Program-made: the position numbers and the translations under genes
Notes under the pieces: model-generated
Databases searched by the model: none
What the model saw: the letters and a program-made list of their open reading frames with translations, nothing else
Told to the model about the DNA's origin: nothing
In this document: one piece after another, positions 48,068 through 58,029 of the stretch
Layout: every line of letters starts with the position of its first letter
Numbering within the stretch: the stretch's first letter is position 1
NCBI GenBank assembly: GCA_943372605.1
Contig: CALRZI010000015.1
Span: 2,432-66,431, forward strand
Length of the DNA: 64,000 nt
Source of the DNA: Chitinophaga pinensis
GTDB taxonomy: Bacteria > Bacteroidota > Bacteroidia > Chitinophagales > Chitinophagaceae
Direction: 5' to 3'

Positions 48068-50524
48068 TTGATCAAATTGAAGAATCTCTTGTTTGCGGAA
48101 GTCATTATACCCCTCGCCTTACCCAAAAATTACACATGGGCCATTCCTGAACGTTTTCAGGACCTGGTTCAGCCGGGTATTCGTGTGGAAGTAATGCTGG
48201 GTGGAAGAAAAAAATATGCCGGCATCATCAAAAAAATATTTTCAGATAAACCAGCGGCTTTCAACCCGCGCGATATCATCAATGTCCTCGATCAGGAACC
48301 TATTCTGCATACTGAACAATTGAAGTTATGGGAATGGATGGCTGGTTATTATATGTGCAGTGAAGGTGAAGTAATGCAGGCTGCTGTTCCCGCAAACCTG
48401 AAATTATCCAGTGAAAGTATTTTAATCTGGAATGAAGAGCGATCTATCAACTTCAGCGATTTAACAGACAATGAATACATTGTTGCGGAGGCCCTTGAAA
48501 TGAAAAAAGAGCTTCGTATCAGTGAAGTACAGGATTTATTGGATGTTACACACGTTTACCCTGTTGTAAAAAAACTGATCGAAAAAGAAGTTTGTTATGT
48601 GTGGGAAGAGCTGAAAGAAAAATATGCCGAAAAAAAGCAAACTTATATAGAGCTGGCTCCTGCTTATAAAAACGAAGACCAGCTTGCAGAATTGCTGAAC
48701 AACTGGGGTAAAGCGCCCAAACAAATGGAACTGCTGCTGGCTTTTCTCCATTTACAGAAAACAGAAGGCACTGTTATCCAACCCGAATTATTAAAAAAAG
48801 CCAATGCCAGTGCGGCACAACTCAAAGGATTAATTGACAAAGGCATTTTACTTGCAGAAAAAAGAAGTACCGATCGTATACAACTCGGACAAAAAAACAG
48901 CAATCTTAGTTTTACACTCTCTCCTACCCAGAAAAAAGCATTGCAATCCATACAAACCATTTTTCAAACAAAACAGGTTTGTTTGTTACATGGTGTAACT
49001 GCCAGTGGTAAAACACAGATTTATACGCAACTGATGCAGGAGCAGTTAGACATGAATAAGCAGGTATTGTACATGTTACCCGAAATTGCATTAACCGCTC
49101 AGATCATCAGAAGATTACAGGCATATTTTGGCGGACAAATAGCCATTTATCACTCCAAATTCAATGCGAACGAAAGAGTAGAGATTTGGAATAAGGTAAA
49201 AACAGGGGAAATAAAAATTGTATTGGGTGCCAGATCAGCTTTGTTCCTTCCATTTAAAAACCTGTCGTTGATTATTGCAGATGAAGAGCATGATAATTCT
49301 TATAAACAACAGGACCCTGCCCCGCGTTATCATGCAAGAGATGCGGCTGTGTATTACGCCAATCTTTTCCATGCAAAAGTCTTGTTGGGAAGCGCCACTC
49401 CATCTATTGAAAGTTATTTTAATTGTGAGCAGGATAAATATGGACTTGTTCAGTTAACAGAGCGATATGGCGAAGCCCAATTACCTATGATTGAACTGGT
49501 TGATGCTAAAAAATACCAGCAAAAAGGGAAAGTTGCTTTTACAGAGCCCCTACTGGAAGCCATCAAACAATCGATGGAACAACAAAAACAGGTGATTCTA
49601 TTTCAGAACAGAAGAGGTTATGCACCCTACCAGATATGCAATACCTGCGGATGGATACCACAATGCCAGAACTGCGATGTTACGCTCACCTATCATAAAT
49701 TCAAAAACAAACTCACCTGTCATTATTGTGGTACGCAATATCCAGTCATCAATACCTGTGCTGCCTGCGGCAGTCATGATTTTACACAGAAAAATTTCGG
49801 AACAGAACAGATTGAAGAGTTATTGACTGAATATTTTCCTGATGCGAGAATTGCAAGAATGGATTACGACAGCGTGAAAGGCAAAAATGACCATGATGCA
49901 CTGATCAAATTATTTGAACAAAGACGGCTTGATATACTGGTTGGTACCCAGATGGTGGTAAAAGGTCTCGACTTTGAGCATGTGAACCTCGTAGGCATTA
50001 TAGATGCAGATGGTATACTTGGGTTTACCGATTTCCGTGTGAACGAAAAAGCATTTCAGTTGATGGAACAGGTAAGCGGAAGAGCGGGCAGAAAAGACGA
50101 CCTGGGGAAAGTGCTGATACAGGTAAGCAATACCCTGCATCCGGTTCTGTCCTTTGTACAAAAGCATGATTACAATGCCATGTACCAGTATGAAATGACC
50201 AACAGGAAAGAATTTGGCTATCCCCCATTCACCAGAATGATTCAACTTATATTTAAACACAAAGAGAAACATATAGCAGAAGAGGCGGCAAATATTATGG
50301 CAGGCGGGCTTTCTCCACATTTTCTTAAGGATATAAGCGGACCAGCCCAACCGGTGATCGACAGAATCAGAAACCAATATCTTTGGGAATTATTGATCAA
50401 ATTACCCAAAGACATGCAACGCATTGGCCAATGTAAACAAATGATCATGCAACAGACGGCAATTATCCAGTCTAACAAGCGATACAGTTCGGTAAGAGTT
50501 ATTGTAAATGTTGATCCACTTTAA
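48068..50524 (+). CDS. priA: Primosomal protein N' (replication restart helicase)
   Basis: GVTASGKT, DEEHD, GSATPS, paired CxxC zinc motifs, GTQMVVKGLDF, QVSGRAGR. Confidence 0.95.
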   Translation: MIKLKNLLFAEVIIPLALPKNYTWAIPERFQDLVQPGIRVEVMLGGRKKYAGIIKKIFSDKPAAFNPRDIINVLDQEPILHTEQLKLWEWMAGYYMCSEGEVMQAAVPANLKLSSESILIWNEERSINFSDLTDNEYIVAEALEMKKELRISEVQDLLDVTHVYPVVKKLIEKEVCYVWEELKEKYAEKKQTYIELAPAYKNEDQLAELLNNWGKAPKQMELLLAFLHLQKTEGTVIQPELLKKANASAAQLKGLIDKGILLAEKRSTDRIQLGQKNSNLSFTLSPTQKKALQSIQTIFQTKQVCLLHGVTASGKTQIYTQLMQEQLDMNKQVLYMLPEIALTAQIIRRLQAYFGGQIAIYHSKFNANERVEIWNKVKTGEIKIVLGARSALFLPFKNLSLIIADEEHDNSYKQQDPAPRYHARDAAVYYANLFHAKVLLGSATPSIESYFNCEQDKYGLVQLTERYGEAQLPMIELVDAKKYQQKGKVAFTEPLLEAIKQSMEQQKQVILFQNRRGYAPYQICNTCGWIPQCQNCDVTLTYHKFKNKLTCHYCGTQYPVINTCAACGSHDFTQKNFGTEQIEELLTEYFPDARIARMDYDSVKGKNDHDALIKLFEQRRLDILVGTQMVVKGLDFEHVNLVGIIDADGILGFTDFRVNEKAFQLMEQVSGRAGRKDDLGKVLIQVSNTLHPVLSFVQKHDYNAMYQYEMTNRKEFGYPPFTRMIQLIFKHKEKHIAEEAANIMAGGLSPHFLKDISGPAQPVIDRIRNQYLWELLIKLPKDMQRIGQCKQMIMQQTAIIQSNKRYSSVRVIVNVDPL

Positions 50525-50541
50525 GTTTACGGGAAACAGTT

Positions 50542-51573
50542 ATGTATCACGCAACGCCTTTTTTACCCGACTATTCATTAAAAGCATTTAACAGCTTTGG
50601 ATTTGATGTTCGTGCAAGGTTCTTTGCAGCTTTTCAGACACATGAAATGATGCAGGAACTGCTGGACCAATACCAGCACCTGCCTTATATGCCCATGCAC
50701 ATACTGGGTGGCGGCAGCAATATTTTATTTACAAGAGATGTTGACGGTCTCATACTTCGCAATGAATTAAAGGGTATTGAACTGGTTCATGAAGATGCTG
50801 ATCATTATTATATAAAAGCCATGGCGGGAGAAAACTGGCATGGCTTTGTTACTTATTGTATTGAACATGGCTATGCCGGATTGGAAAACCTGAGTCTTAT
50901 TCCGGGCAGTGTGGGTGCCTCTCCCATGCAGAATATTGGTGCGTATGGAGTAGAAATAAAAGATGTATTTCATTCGCTGGAAGCATGGCATATCAATGAA
51001 AAACACAACGAAACTTTTTACCTGAAAGATTGTGAATTCGGGTATAGGGAAAGTGTATTTAAAGAAAAATACCGGAATCGTTTTATCATCACCAGTGTTA
51101 CCTACAAACTCAATAAGAACCCTGTTTTTCATACTTCTTATGGAGCCATTACACAGGAATTAGAGAAAATGAATGTACAGGAACTGAGTATTGCAGCCAT
51201 CTCAAAAGCCATAGTGAATATAAGGAAGTCTAAATTACCTGATCCTGAGAAGTTAGGTAACGCCGGCAGTTTTTTCAAAAATCCGACGATTTCCAATAAC
51301 CATTTTAAAAGATTACAGGAAGCATTTCCCGGAATAGTGGGTTATCCTGTGAATGAAACAAAAATTAAACTCGCTGCCGGCTGGTTAATTGAACAATGTG
51401 GCTGGAAAGGTTATCGGAAAGGCGATGCCGGTTGTCATGAACAACAGGCACTTGTGCTGGTTAACTATGGAAAAGCTACGGGTGCAGATATTTTCATGTT
51501 GTCTACAGAGATCATGGAATCGGTTTATACAAAATTTGGAGTGAGGCTAGATAGGGAGGTGAATATTATTTGA
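50542..51573 (+). CDS. murB: UDP-N-acetylmuramate dehydrogenase
   Basis: LGGGSN, IPGSVGASPMQNIGAYG, FGYRESVFK, NAGSFFKNP, LDREV motifs. Confidence 0.95.
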   Translation: MYHATPFLPDYSLKAFNSFGFDVRARFFAAFQTHEMMQELLDQYQHLPYMPMHILGGGSNILFTRDVDGLILRNELKGIELVHEDADHYYIKAMAGENWHGFVTYCIEHGYAGLENLSLIPGSVGASPMQNIGAYGVEIKDVFHSLEAWHINEKHNETFYLKDCEFGYRESVFKEKYRNRFIITSVTYKLNKNPVFHTSYGAITQELEKMNVQELSIAAISKAIVNIRKSKLPDPEKLGNAGSFFKNPTISNNHFKRLQEAFPGIVGYPVNETKIKLAAGWLIEQCGWKGYRKGDAGCHEQQALVLVNYGKATGADIFMLSTEIMESVYTKFGVRLDREVNII

Positions 51574-51605
51574 GTTTTTTCAAAAACACATCTCCTGCAA
51601 TTAAT

Positions 51606-52193
51606 TCATTCCACACTCGCATGGTCTAATAGAGGGATTTTAACGACAAAAAACTGTTCTGTTTGCAGGATCATTGGTTCCCTTTTTGAAAGAAAAGCAT
51701 AACGTTGTATCATCTTCTCCAATCCCGCTTCAGGTTTTGACCTTCTTTTAGGAACATGGGTATTCCGGATAACCAGAAAGTTTTCGTGGACATATATTTC
51801 AATTATAATAGGGCATGTAGCATTTATTTTACTCTGTCGAATTGCATTTATCAGTGTGAGCAGTATTGTAGCTGGTAAAATACCTTTTTGATAATAACAG
51901 TGTGCCACTCGTATATCTAACTGAATCGCTTCATCATATATCATCTTATGAAGAAAGAAAAATGCCGACAAGGCTGACAACTCTTTCTCAAGAGATGTAA
52001 CAGTATTTTTTTTATGCGAAAGCAAGTACCGGTAAATATCCATCAGCCTGCATAAAAACTTTATCGACAACTCTTTATCCTCTTCTATCATTCGTACAAG
52101 GATATTGAAATAGGTCAGAAAAAACTGCACATCCATCTGCGATCGCAGGTCGCATAACAGCGCCTGGTTACTATGTTTTTTGTGTTGTACCAT
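51606..52193 (-). CDS. Stand-alone LytS-type histidine kinase core lacking the phospho-His (putative pseudokinase)
   Basis: By-eye match to the His_kinase fold (LRSQ, YRYLL, SLEKEL, NAI, RYAFLS, FVVKIPLL); DVQFF in place of NPHFL; no transmembrane or sensor region. Confidence 0.65.
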   Translation of the reverse strand: MVQHKKHSNQALLCDLRSQMDVQFFLTYFNILVRMIEEDKELSIKFLCRLMDIYRYLLSHKKNTVTSLEKELSALSAFFFLHKMIYDEAIQLDIRVAHCYYQKGILPATILLTLINAIRQSKINATCPIIIEIYVHENFLVIRNTHVPKRRSKPEAGLEKMIQRYAFLSKREPMILQTEQFFVVKIPLLDHASVE

Positions 52194-52342
52194 AAGCAAA
52201 CTAAAATAATGCCAGGCCCCAGCCTGAAAAGGCAGGGCCAGGACTTAGGTTATACTAACAGTTATTGCATTACCAAAAAGGTGTTACCCCCAGAATGAAT
52301 CTATTATCAAACATGGTAGCTAGCGTCAGGATTACTATACTA

Positions 52343-53137
52343 TCAACGAAGCCTTACACTTTTTTTCTCAACGGTATGAGCAGAAAACACACCCAATGCG
52401 CCATTCGACAGATTGTTTGGCGGATTGTTTGGCGTAGTACCACCACCGGGTCCACTGTCGGTCATTAGGGCTAGTGTGGTATAAAACAATGCAACTGTTT
52501 TATCAACACATTGCATATTAAGGCTAATCAGGTCACCTTTTTTAAGTTTTAAATCGTCATCATCCACTTCAAGCCTTACCGTATTAACTACTCCATTTTT
52601 TACTTCATCATTTTGAACGAAGTGTTGATTGATAAGACTATCATTAACTGATAATACAAACCTGTAATTATTTCCTTTTGCAAAAGGGTCTGTATAAACC
52701 GGTATTATATTATATTCAATTTCGCTTCCGATGAATGTAATATTTTCTACTTTAACAGAATCAAACGGCACTCTTTGTGGCATGGTACTTTTTGCAATAT
52801 ATGTCTGATTATCCACGTTTACAGTCAGAGTATAAGTTCTCCCTTCTACCCCAGCCATAGCAGTAGTCTGGTAAATACCATTACCCTGCAACACGAGCGT
52901 TTCATTGTTACCTGCATCGTCACTTATCGTTACGACGGCATTGCTAACTGTTGGGTATGCTCCAGTTTCCGGCAAGCGGATCGAGCGGGTAATTTTTACG
53001 AAATAAGGACCAGCCTGATTGGTAATATTGCCTTCGATGACAAGTTTTGACTGGTTTTCCTTGTATTGCAGGCTCAATACTTTTTCACAACCCGTAAAAA
53101 ATATAGCTATAAGTAGTATATAAATGATATGCTTCAT
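52343..53137 (-). CDS. DUF4249 family lipoprotein
   Basis: FTG-C lipobox, KLVIEGNIT, GRTYTL, NNLSNGALGVFSA motifs; follows a TonB receptor. Confidence 0.85.
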   Translation of the reverse strand: MKHIIYILLIAIFFTGCEKVLSLQYKENQSKLVIEGNITNQAGPYFVKITRSIRLPETGAYPTVSNAVVTISDDAGNNETLVLQGNGIYQTTAMAGVEGRTYTLTVNVDNQTYIAKSTMPQRVPFDSVKVENITFIGSEIEYNIIPVYTDPFAKGNNYRFVLSVNDSLINQHFVQNDEVKNGVVNTVRLEVDDDDLKLKKGDLISLNMQCVDKTVALFYTTLALMTDSGPGGGTTPNNPPNNLSNGALGVFSAHTVEKKSVRLR

Positions 53138-53149
53138 TATTGAAATGAT

Positions 53150-55465
53150 TTAAAACTTGAAATTATAGGTAACACTGGGTATCCATTGAAAAAGAGATGT
53201 CTGAACTGCATCAATTTTCTGAGGGTTTGACGCATTCTCTTTAAACGATATACTGTATGGATTGCGGCGACCATATACATTGTATAGTCCAAAACTCCAT
53301 GAACTCTGAACCCGTTTTTTAGAAGGTCGTTCGTAGGTAGCACTAAAATCTAATCGGTGAGTAGCGGGCATCCTATCGCCATTGCGTCTGCCATATTGGT
53401 AAACCACCATATCATTCAACATGTATTTACCTGTAGGATAAGTGACTGCATTTCCGGTAGTATAAATAAAAGTACCCGACAGCGTCCATCTCTTATTCAG
53501 GCTATACACACCTACAACAGACAAATCATGTGTTCTATCCTGTTTGGCATTGTACCATTGTCCATTATTGATTCCGGTTATTTTTCTTTCGGTTTTAGAA
53601 AGCGTATATCCAACCCAACCTGTCAATTTCCCTTTTTTCTTTTTCAACAAAACTTCCAGCCCATAAGCTCTGCCTTTGCCAAAGAGTAATTCGCTTTCAA
53701 TATCCGGAACAGTGTTGATATCAGCTCCATCGCGATAATCAATCTGGTGCTGCATCGACTTGTAATAAGCCTCCACATTCAGTTCGAATGCATTATTGGC
53801 GAGGTTCTTACTATACCCTATACTCACCTGGTCGGCAATCTCCGGTTTAATATTGTAGCTGTTGCCGATCCACTGATCGGTTGGACTACCGCCTGTAGAA
53901 TTACTCATCAGGTGAAGGTTCTGTGTATTACGGGCATAACCAATTTTTACACTTGATGTGTTATTCAACATATAGCTTGCAGAAAAACGAGGTTCCCAAT
54001 TGGCATAGGTTTTTCCTGTTTTTCCTCTGGCGAGGTTTACAGATTGAATAACCTGGTGGTTTTGGTAGATATTATAAGTATCCCCACCTAAAATGTTATA
54101 AAATGAATACCGTAACCCATAGTCGATGCTGATTTTGTCTGAGGCTTTGTAGGCGTTACTTATATACAGCGCATTCTCCAACCCTTCCCTGCTTTTTTTA
54201 GTACTCACAATATCATTCCCCCCTGCTATTGTAGGGGTTATGGTATGTTTAATAATATTTAGACCAAATCGAATGGTATTTTTTGCGTTGGCAAAAAAAG
54301 AGAAGTCCTGTTTCAGGTTCAGGTCCTTGATATGCGAATTAAAGTTCGTTTCACTTCCCCCACTTTTAAAACCTACATTAAAATCATAGTTGCTGTAAAT
54401 AAATGAAGTATTAGAAAACAGTTTATTACTTAATACACTGTTCCATCTTAATGTTCCTGTGGCATTACCCCATTTACTTCCAAATGCTTTCGACACACCC
54501 AATACATCCTGACCAAAATAGCCGGAGAAGTATAGCTTGTTTTTGTTGTTGACAGCCAGATTGGCTTTTACATTGAGATCGTAGAAGTATAAGCTAACCC
54601 CACTCATATCAGGTGATAGCCTTGCCAGCAAGTCCGCATAGGTACGTCTGCCGGAAATGATAAAAGATGATTTTTCTTTTTGAATGGGGCCTTCTAACGT
54701 AAGCCTGCTGCTGATCAATCCAATGCCACCACTAAGCTGGTAATTTTTGTTATTGCCTTCTTTCATTTTTACATCGAGCACAGATGACAGACGACCACCA
54801 AATTGTGCAGGGCTGTTACCTTTAATAATCGTAGCATCTTTAATGGCATCGCTATTGAAGGTGCTGAACATTCCTAACAAATGTGAGGCATTGTAAACAG
54901 GCGCTTCATCGAGAATAATGAGGTTTTGATCGGTGGCACCACCCCGTACGGAAAAGCCATTGCTTCCCTCTCCGGTTGACTTTATACCAGGCAGTAACTG
55001 AATGGTTTTCACCAAATCTTTTTCACCAAATACAACAGGAATTTTAGCCGCCGTTTTCATATTGAGTACTTCTGTACCCATCGTTGCTTTGGTAAGATTA
55101 TCGTTTTCTCTTTTTGAACTTACCACTACTTCCTGCAAGCCAGTTTGATCTGACAGGCTAATGTTTACTGTAATATTGGAAAAGAGTTTAACGGATATCA
55201 ATTCCTGCTGATATCCAACATAAGTAACCCGCAATGTATAACTACCCTGCGAAAGAGAAAGCGAATAAAACCCATATTCATTTGTGGTTACACCAACACC
55301 AGGCTTTTCAACTATCGTTACACTCGCTCCACTAAGTGTTTCACCCGATAGTTTTTGCTTCACCGTTCCGTTGACGGTAAAATTTTGAGTTTGAGAAAAT
55401 AATGGAGATGAAATAAAAATCAGAATACAAAACAATACTTGTTTCATGCATTTGGTACTTGTCAT
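53150..55465 (-). CDS. TonB-dependent receptor with N-terminal carboxypeptidase-regulatory-like domain
   Basis: GTV...GETL.GASV, LQEVVV, VRGGATDQNLI.LD, GGRLSSVLD, terminal SVTYNFKF. Confidence 0.92.
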   Translation of the reverse strand: MTSTKCMKQVLFCILIFISSPLFSQTQNFTVNGTVKQKLSGETLSGASVTIVEKPGVGVTTNEYGFYSLSLSQGSYTLRVTYVGYQQELISVKLFSNITVNISLSDQTGLQEVVVSSKRENDNLTKATMGTEVLNMKTAAKIPVVFGEKDLVKTIQLLPGIKSTGEGSNGFSVRGGATDQNLIILDEAPVYNASHLLGMFSTFNSDAIKDATIIKGNSPAQFGGRLSSVLDVKMKEGNNKNYQLSGGIGLISSRLTLEGPIQKEKSSFIISGRRTYADLLARLSPDMSGVSLYFYDLNVKANLAVNNKNKLYFSGYFGQDVLGVSKAFGSKWGNATGTLRWNSVLSNKLFSNTSFIYSNYDFNVGFKSGGSETNFNSHIKDLNLKQDFSFFANAKNTIRFGLNIIKHTITPTIAGGNDIVSTKKSREGLENALYISNAYKASDKISIDYGLRYSFYNILGGDTYNIYQNHQVIQSVNLARGKTGKTYANWEPRFSASYMLNNTSSVKIGYARNTQNLHLMSNSTGGSPTDQWIGNSYNIKPEIADQVSIGYSKNLANNAFELNVEAYYKSMQHQIDYRDGADINTVPDIESELLFGKGRAYGLEVLLKKKKGKLTGWVGYTLSKTERKITGINNGQWYNAKQDRTHDLSVVGVYSLNKRWTLSGTFIYTTGNAVTYPTGKYMLNDMVVYQYGRRNGDRMPATHRLDFSATYERPSKKRVQSSWSFGLYNVYGRRNPYSISFKENASNPQKIDAVQTSLFQWIPSVTYNFKF

Positions 55466-55709
55466 AAATTAGAATAGTTAACAAGTAGAATTATGCCATG
55501 TAGATTGATGCTTTGAATAAATAATAAAACAAAATTATTCGGGCATCAGTGTACGGAATTGAATAAATCGGTCTTTCTGAATTTTATGAACTGCTGAAAT
55601 AGCAAATTGCTTGATGTTCAATATAAATCATCCTGTTTCACCGGTGTGTTTTTAACATAAAATTTTATACCTCATCAGGATTTCATGATGATATTTCACA
55701 AAACAACTC

Positions 55710-56462
55710 CTACTTCTCCTCAGGAACCTGTATAAACCTGTCATTCTGCCTTTTAAACAGTTCTTTGGGAGTTACGCCTGTAAATCTTTTTACTTCACGT
55801 ATGAAATGAGACTGGTCGCTATAATTCTGTTCAGGAAAAAATTTGCCCTCTTTAATATGATGGAGTGAAGCTCGAAAACGTAAAATGTTACAATACTCTT
55901 TCAACGATAATCCAAACCACTCACTGAAATACCGATTGATCTGTCGGCTTGTCCAACAACAGATTTCAGCGTACTCCTTAATCTTTAAACTACCATGAGT
56001 ATCATATAGAGCCCGGAAAAGCGTTTGTTTTCGGGTATCTACTTCTGTTGAGATACGCGATTGCAATGTAGCTGAGATTTTATGACAGAAGCCCTCAAAA
56101 TTGTCAAGGTCAATTTGGGTGATGTCATGATGAAGCGATCTTAACGGTATTACTTTTCCAAGTATGGGTGCAATGCTTTCTTTCAGGCAATATTCTACCG
56201 ACAGCAACTTCAATCCTACTCCCATATATATGGCTCCCGGATCAATGCGATGTTGTGATGGTTCATTTTCTATCCCGACCAAATTAGATTCCAATGACCC
56301 ATCCTCTGCAATTGTAAACACCAAGTCTATCATGCCATTAGGAATAATGATGATTTCCTGGTGCTGTCCCGAGGGGTTTCTTGCCATCCAGAATCGCCCC
56401 ACGAATTCAGTTAAAGCACTGTGGGGTTGACGAATCTGATGTTCCAGAAATTGGTAGCTCAT
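55710..56462 (-). CDS. AraC family regulator (DUF6597-type N-terminus plus HTH)
   Basis: PNGMIDL N-terminal domain; SRQINRYF...GLS.K...ILRF and YSDQSHFIREVKRFTG.TP. Confidence 0.85.
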   Translation of the reverse strand: MSYQFLEHQIRQPHSALTEFVGRFWMARNPSGQHQEIIIIPNGMIDLVFTIAEDGSLESNLVGIENEPSQHRIDPGAIYMGVGLKLLSVEYCLKESIAPILGKVIPLRSLHHDITQIDLDNFEGFCHKISATLQSRISTEVDTRKQTLFRALYDTHGSLKIKEYAEICCWTSRQINRYFSEWFGLSLKEYCNILRFRASLHHIKEGKFFPEQNYSDQSHFIREVKRFTGVTPKELFKRQNDRFIQVPEEK

Positions 56463-56536
56463 AAAAGTTCCTGATATCTTATCTAAGATAGGGCTAGATA
56501 ATGTGTTATTGGATTTGGTCTATGTTAAATGATCCT

Positions 56537-56582
56537 ATAAAAAATAAACCCCGGATGAATTCATCCGGGGTTTATTTTTTAT
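56537..56582. terminator. Perfect 46-bp palindrome; probable terminator of ompA
   Basis: ATAAAAAATAAACCCCGGATGAATTCATCCGGGGTTTATTTTTTAT equals its own reverse complement. Confidence 0.8.
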
Positions 56583-56595
56583 TTAACCGTATCGA

Positions 56596-57957
56596 TTAAT
56601 AATATTTCAGTTTCATCACTACTCTTCTGTTCTGTGTACGTCCCGCCGCAGTTTTGTTATCGGATACAGGCTGAGATGAACCAAAACCTTCAGATGTAAG
56701 TCTTGCTCCGTCTATTCCTTTGCTCACAATATAATCATGTACTGCTTTAGCGCGGTTCTGGCTCAACGGAACATTTATTTTATCTGTTCCTGTATTGTCG
56801 GTATGACCTTCAATATCCAGTTTCAGTGCTGCATCTTCTTTCAGAATTGCTACCACTTCATCCAATGCTTTGAATGATTTGGCCTGCAGTTTTGCACTAC
56901 CAGTTACAAAGAATACATTTTTTGCGCTGGCTGCTACTTTCTTCACAATCTCATCTTTCACAGCAGGACAACCATTATTTTCTCTTACACCTGGTATTGT
57001 TGGACATTTATCTTCTTCATCATTCACACCGTCTTTATCGGTATCAGGAACAGGACAACCCTGGTAACGGGCCACACCTGCTACAGTTGGACATTTGTCT
57101 TCTTCATCATTGATACCATCTTTATCGGTATCAGGAATTGGACAACCATCGTATTTAGACAGTCCTTTTACAGTTGGACATTTATCATTTTCATCATTGA
57201 TACCATCACCATCTGTATCAGGAACAGGACAACCGTCGTATTTAGCAGTGCCTGCAACTGTTGGACATTTGTCTTTGCTATCCAGGATACCGTCGCCATC
57301 TGTATCTTTTTCAACAGGAGGCGGTGGTGGTGGTGGTGTAACTACAACCGGCGCCTTTTTATCTGCTAAAGGAGAAGAAAGACCAATTGAATAAGTAAGG
57401 TGGTTTACAGCCAGATTAGAAATAGCTGACCTGTGTACAAACTGGGTATTCAGGAAAGTTTCCTGTCCGAGGTTGAACTGAAGTCCCATACCAGCAGGTG
57501 CATAAGCGGCAAAGTAAGTACCTGTGTACATAGATGCGCCCAATCCGAAACTGAGGTAAGGAACAACAGTGTATTTATCAGTCAGTAACTTAATATTGGC
57601 AGCAGCATCCAGTTCCAACAGGAATTTAGCTGTTGTAGATGGAGTCACTCCACTTTTACGATAGAATGGATATTTTACATAAGAACCTGAAAAAGTTGCC
57701 TGAAAGTCAACATACTCAGTTAAACCATCAAAATACTGAACACTCAACCCTGGGTCCAATTGACTGAATGGAGTCCACTGTTTGTTAGAAATAACTGAAG
57801 AAATAGAACTCCTGCTGATGGCATCAGAGGTGTACATATCCTTTAAAATGAAATTGATACCAAGTGAGGGTCTTTTTTTATAGCTAACTGGCGTGCTTTG
57901 AGCAAATGCAGTCAAAACCAAACCACTGGCTATTAAAGAAAAAAGAAGTTTCTTCAT
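56596..57957 (-). CDS. OmpA family protein with thrombospondin type-3 repeats
   Basis: Signal peptide, N-terminal barrel, Pro-rich linker, four D.D.DG..D..DKCP repeats, C-terminal IEGHTD..LSQNRA..NRRV. Confidence 0.93.
   Translation of the reverse strand: MKKLLFSLIASGLVLTAFAQSTPVSYKKRPSLGINFILKDMYTSDAISRSSISSVISNKQWTPFSQLDPGLSVQYFDGLTEYVDFQATFSGSYVKYPFYRKSGVTPSTTAKFLLELDAAANIKLLTDKYTVVPYLSFGLGASMYTGTYFAAYAPAGMGLQFNLGQETFLNTQFVHRSAISNLAVNHLTYSIGLSSPLADKKAPVVVTPPPPPPPVEKDTDGDGILDSKDKCPTVAGTAKYDGCPVPDTDGDGINDENDKCPTVKGLSKYDGCPIPDTDKDGINDEEDKCPTVAGVARYQGCPVPDTDKDGVNDEEDKCPTIPGVRENNGCPAVKDEIVKKVAASAKNVFFVTGSAKLQAKSFKALDEVVAILKEDAALKLDIEGHTDNTGTDKINVPLSQNRAKAVHDYIVSKGIDGARLTSEGFGSSQPVSDNKTAAGRTQNRRVVMKLKYY
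56965..57306 (-). repeat. Four 29-aa (87-nt period) TSP3-like coding repeats
   Basis: DTDGDGILDSKDKCP..GCP and three variants. Confidence 0.85.
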
Positions 57958-57980
57958 AAACAGGTTTTTATTTATTGTCA

Positions 57981-57988
57981 CAAAAATA
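57981..57988 (-). promoter_or_regulatory. Candidate -7 element (TATTTTTG) of ompA
   Basis: TAnnTTTG match 23 nt upstream of ATG 57957. Confidence 0.55.
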
Positions 57989-58029
57989 CAGGGTGAAACT
58001 GATTTTCCGAAAATTAAGATAACTTTAAG

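Noticed and set aside
52215-52240. GGCCC-CA-GCCT-GAAA-AGGC-A-GGGCC hairpin as an ncRNA or riboswitch
   Set aside because: Short single hairpin most simply explained as a transcript-end structure after DUF4249; no aptamer features.
3660-55574. Shared 9-mer AAATCGGTC upstream of iorA paralog 1 (3660-3668) and the TonB receptor (55566-55574) as a common operator
   Set aside because: A single 9-mer match among many intergenic pairs is expected by chance, and the flanks do not align.
56965-57306. 87-nt periodic DNA repeat
   Set aside because: Fully explained by the TSP3 repeats of the OmpA protein.
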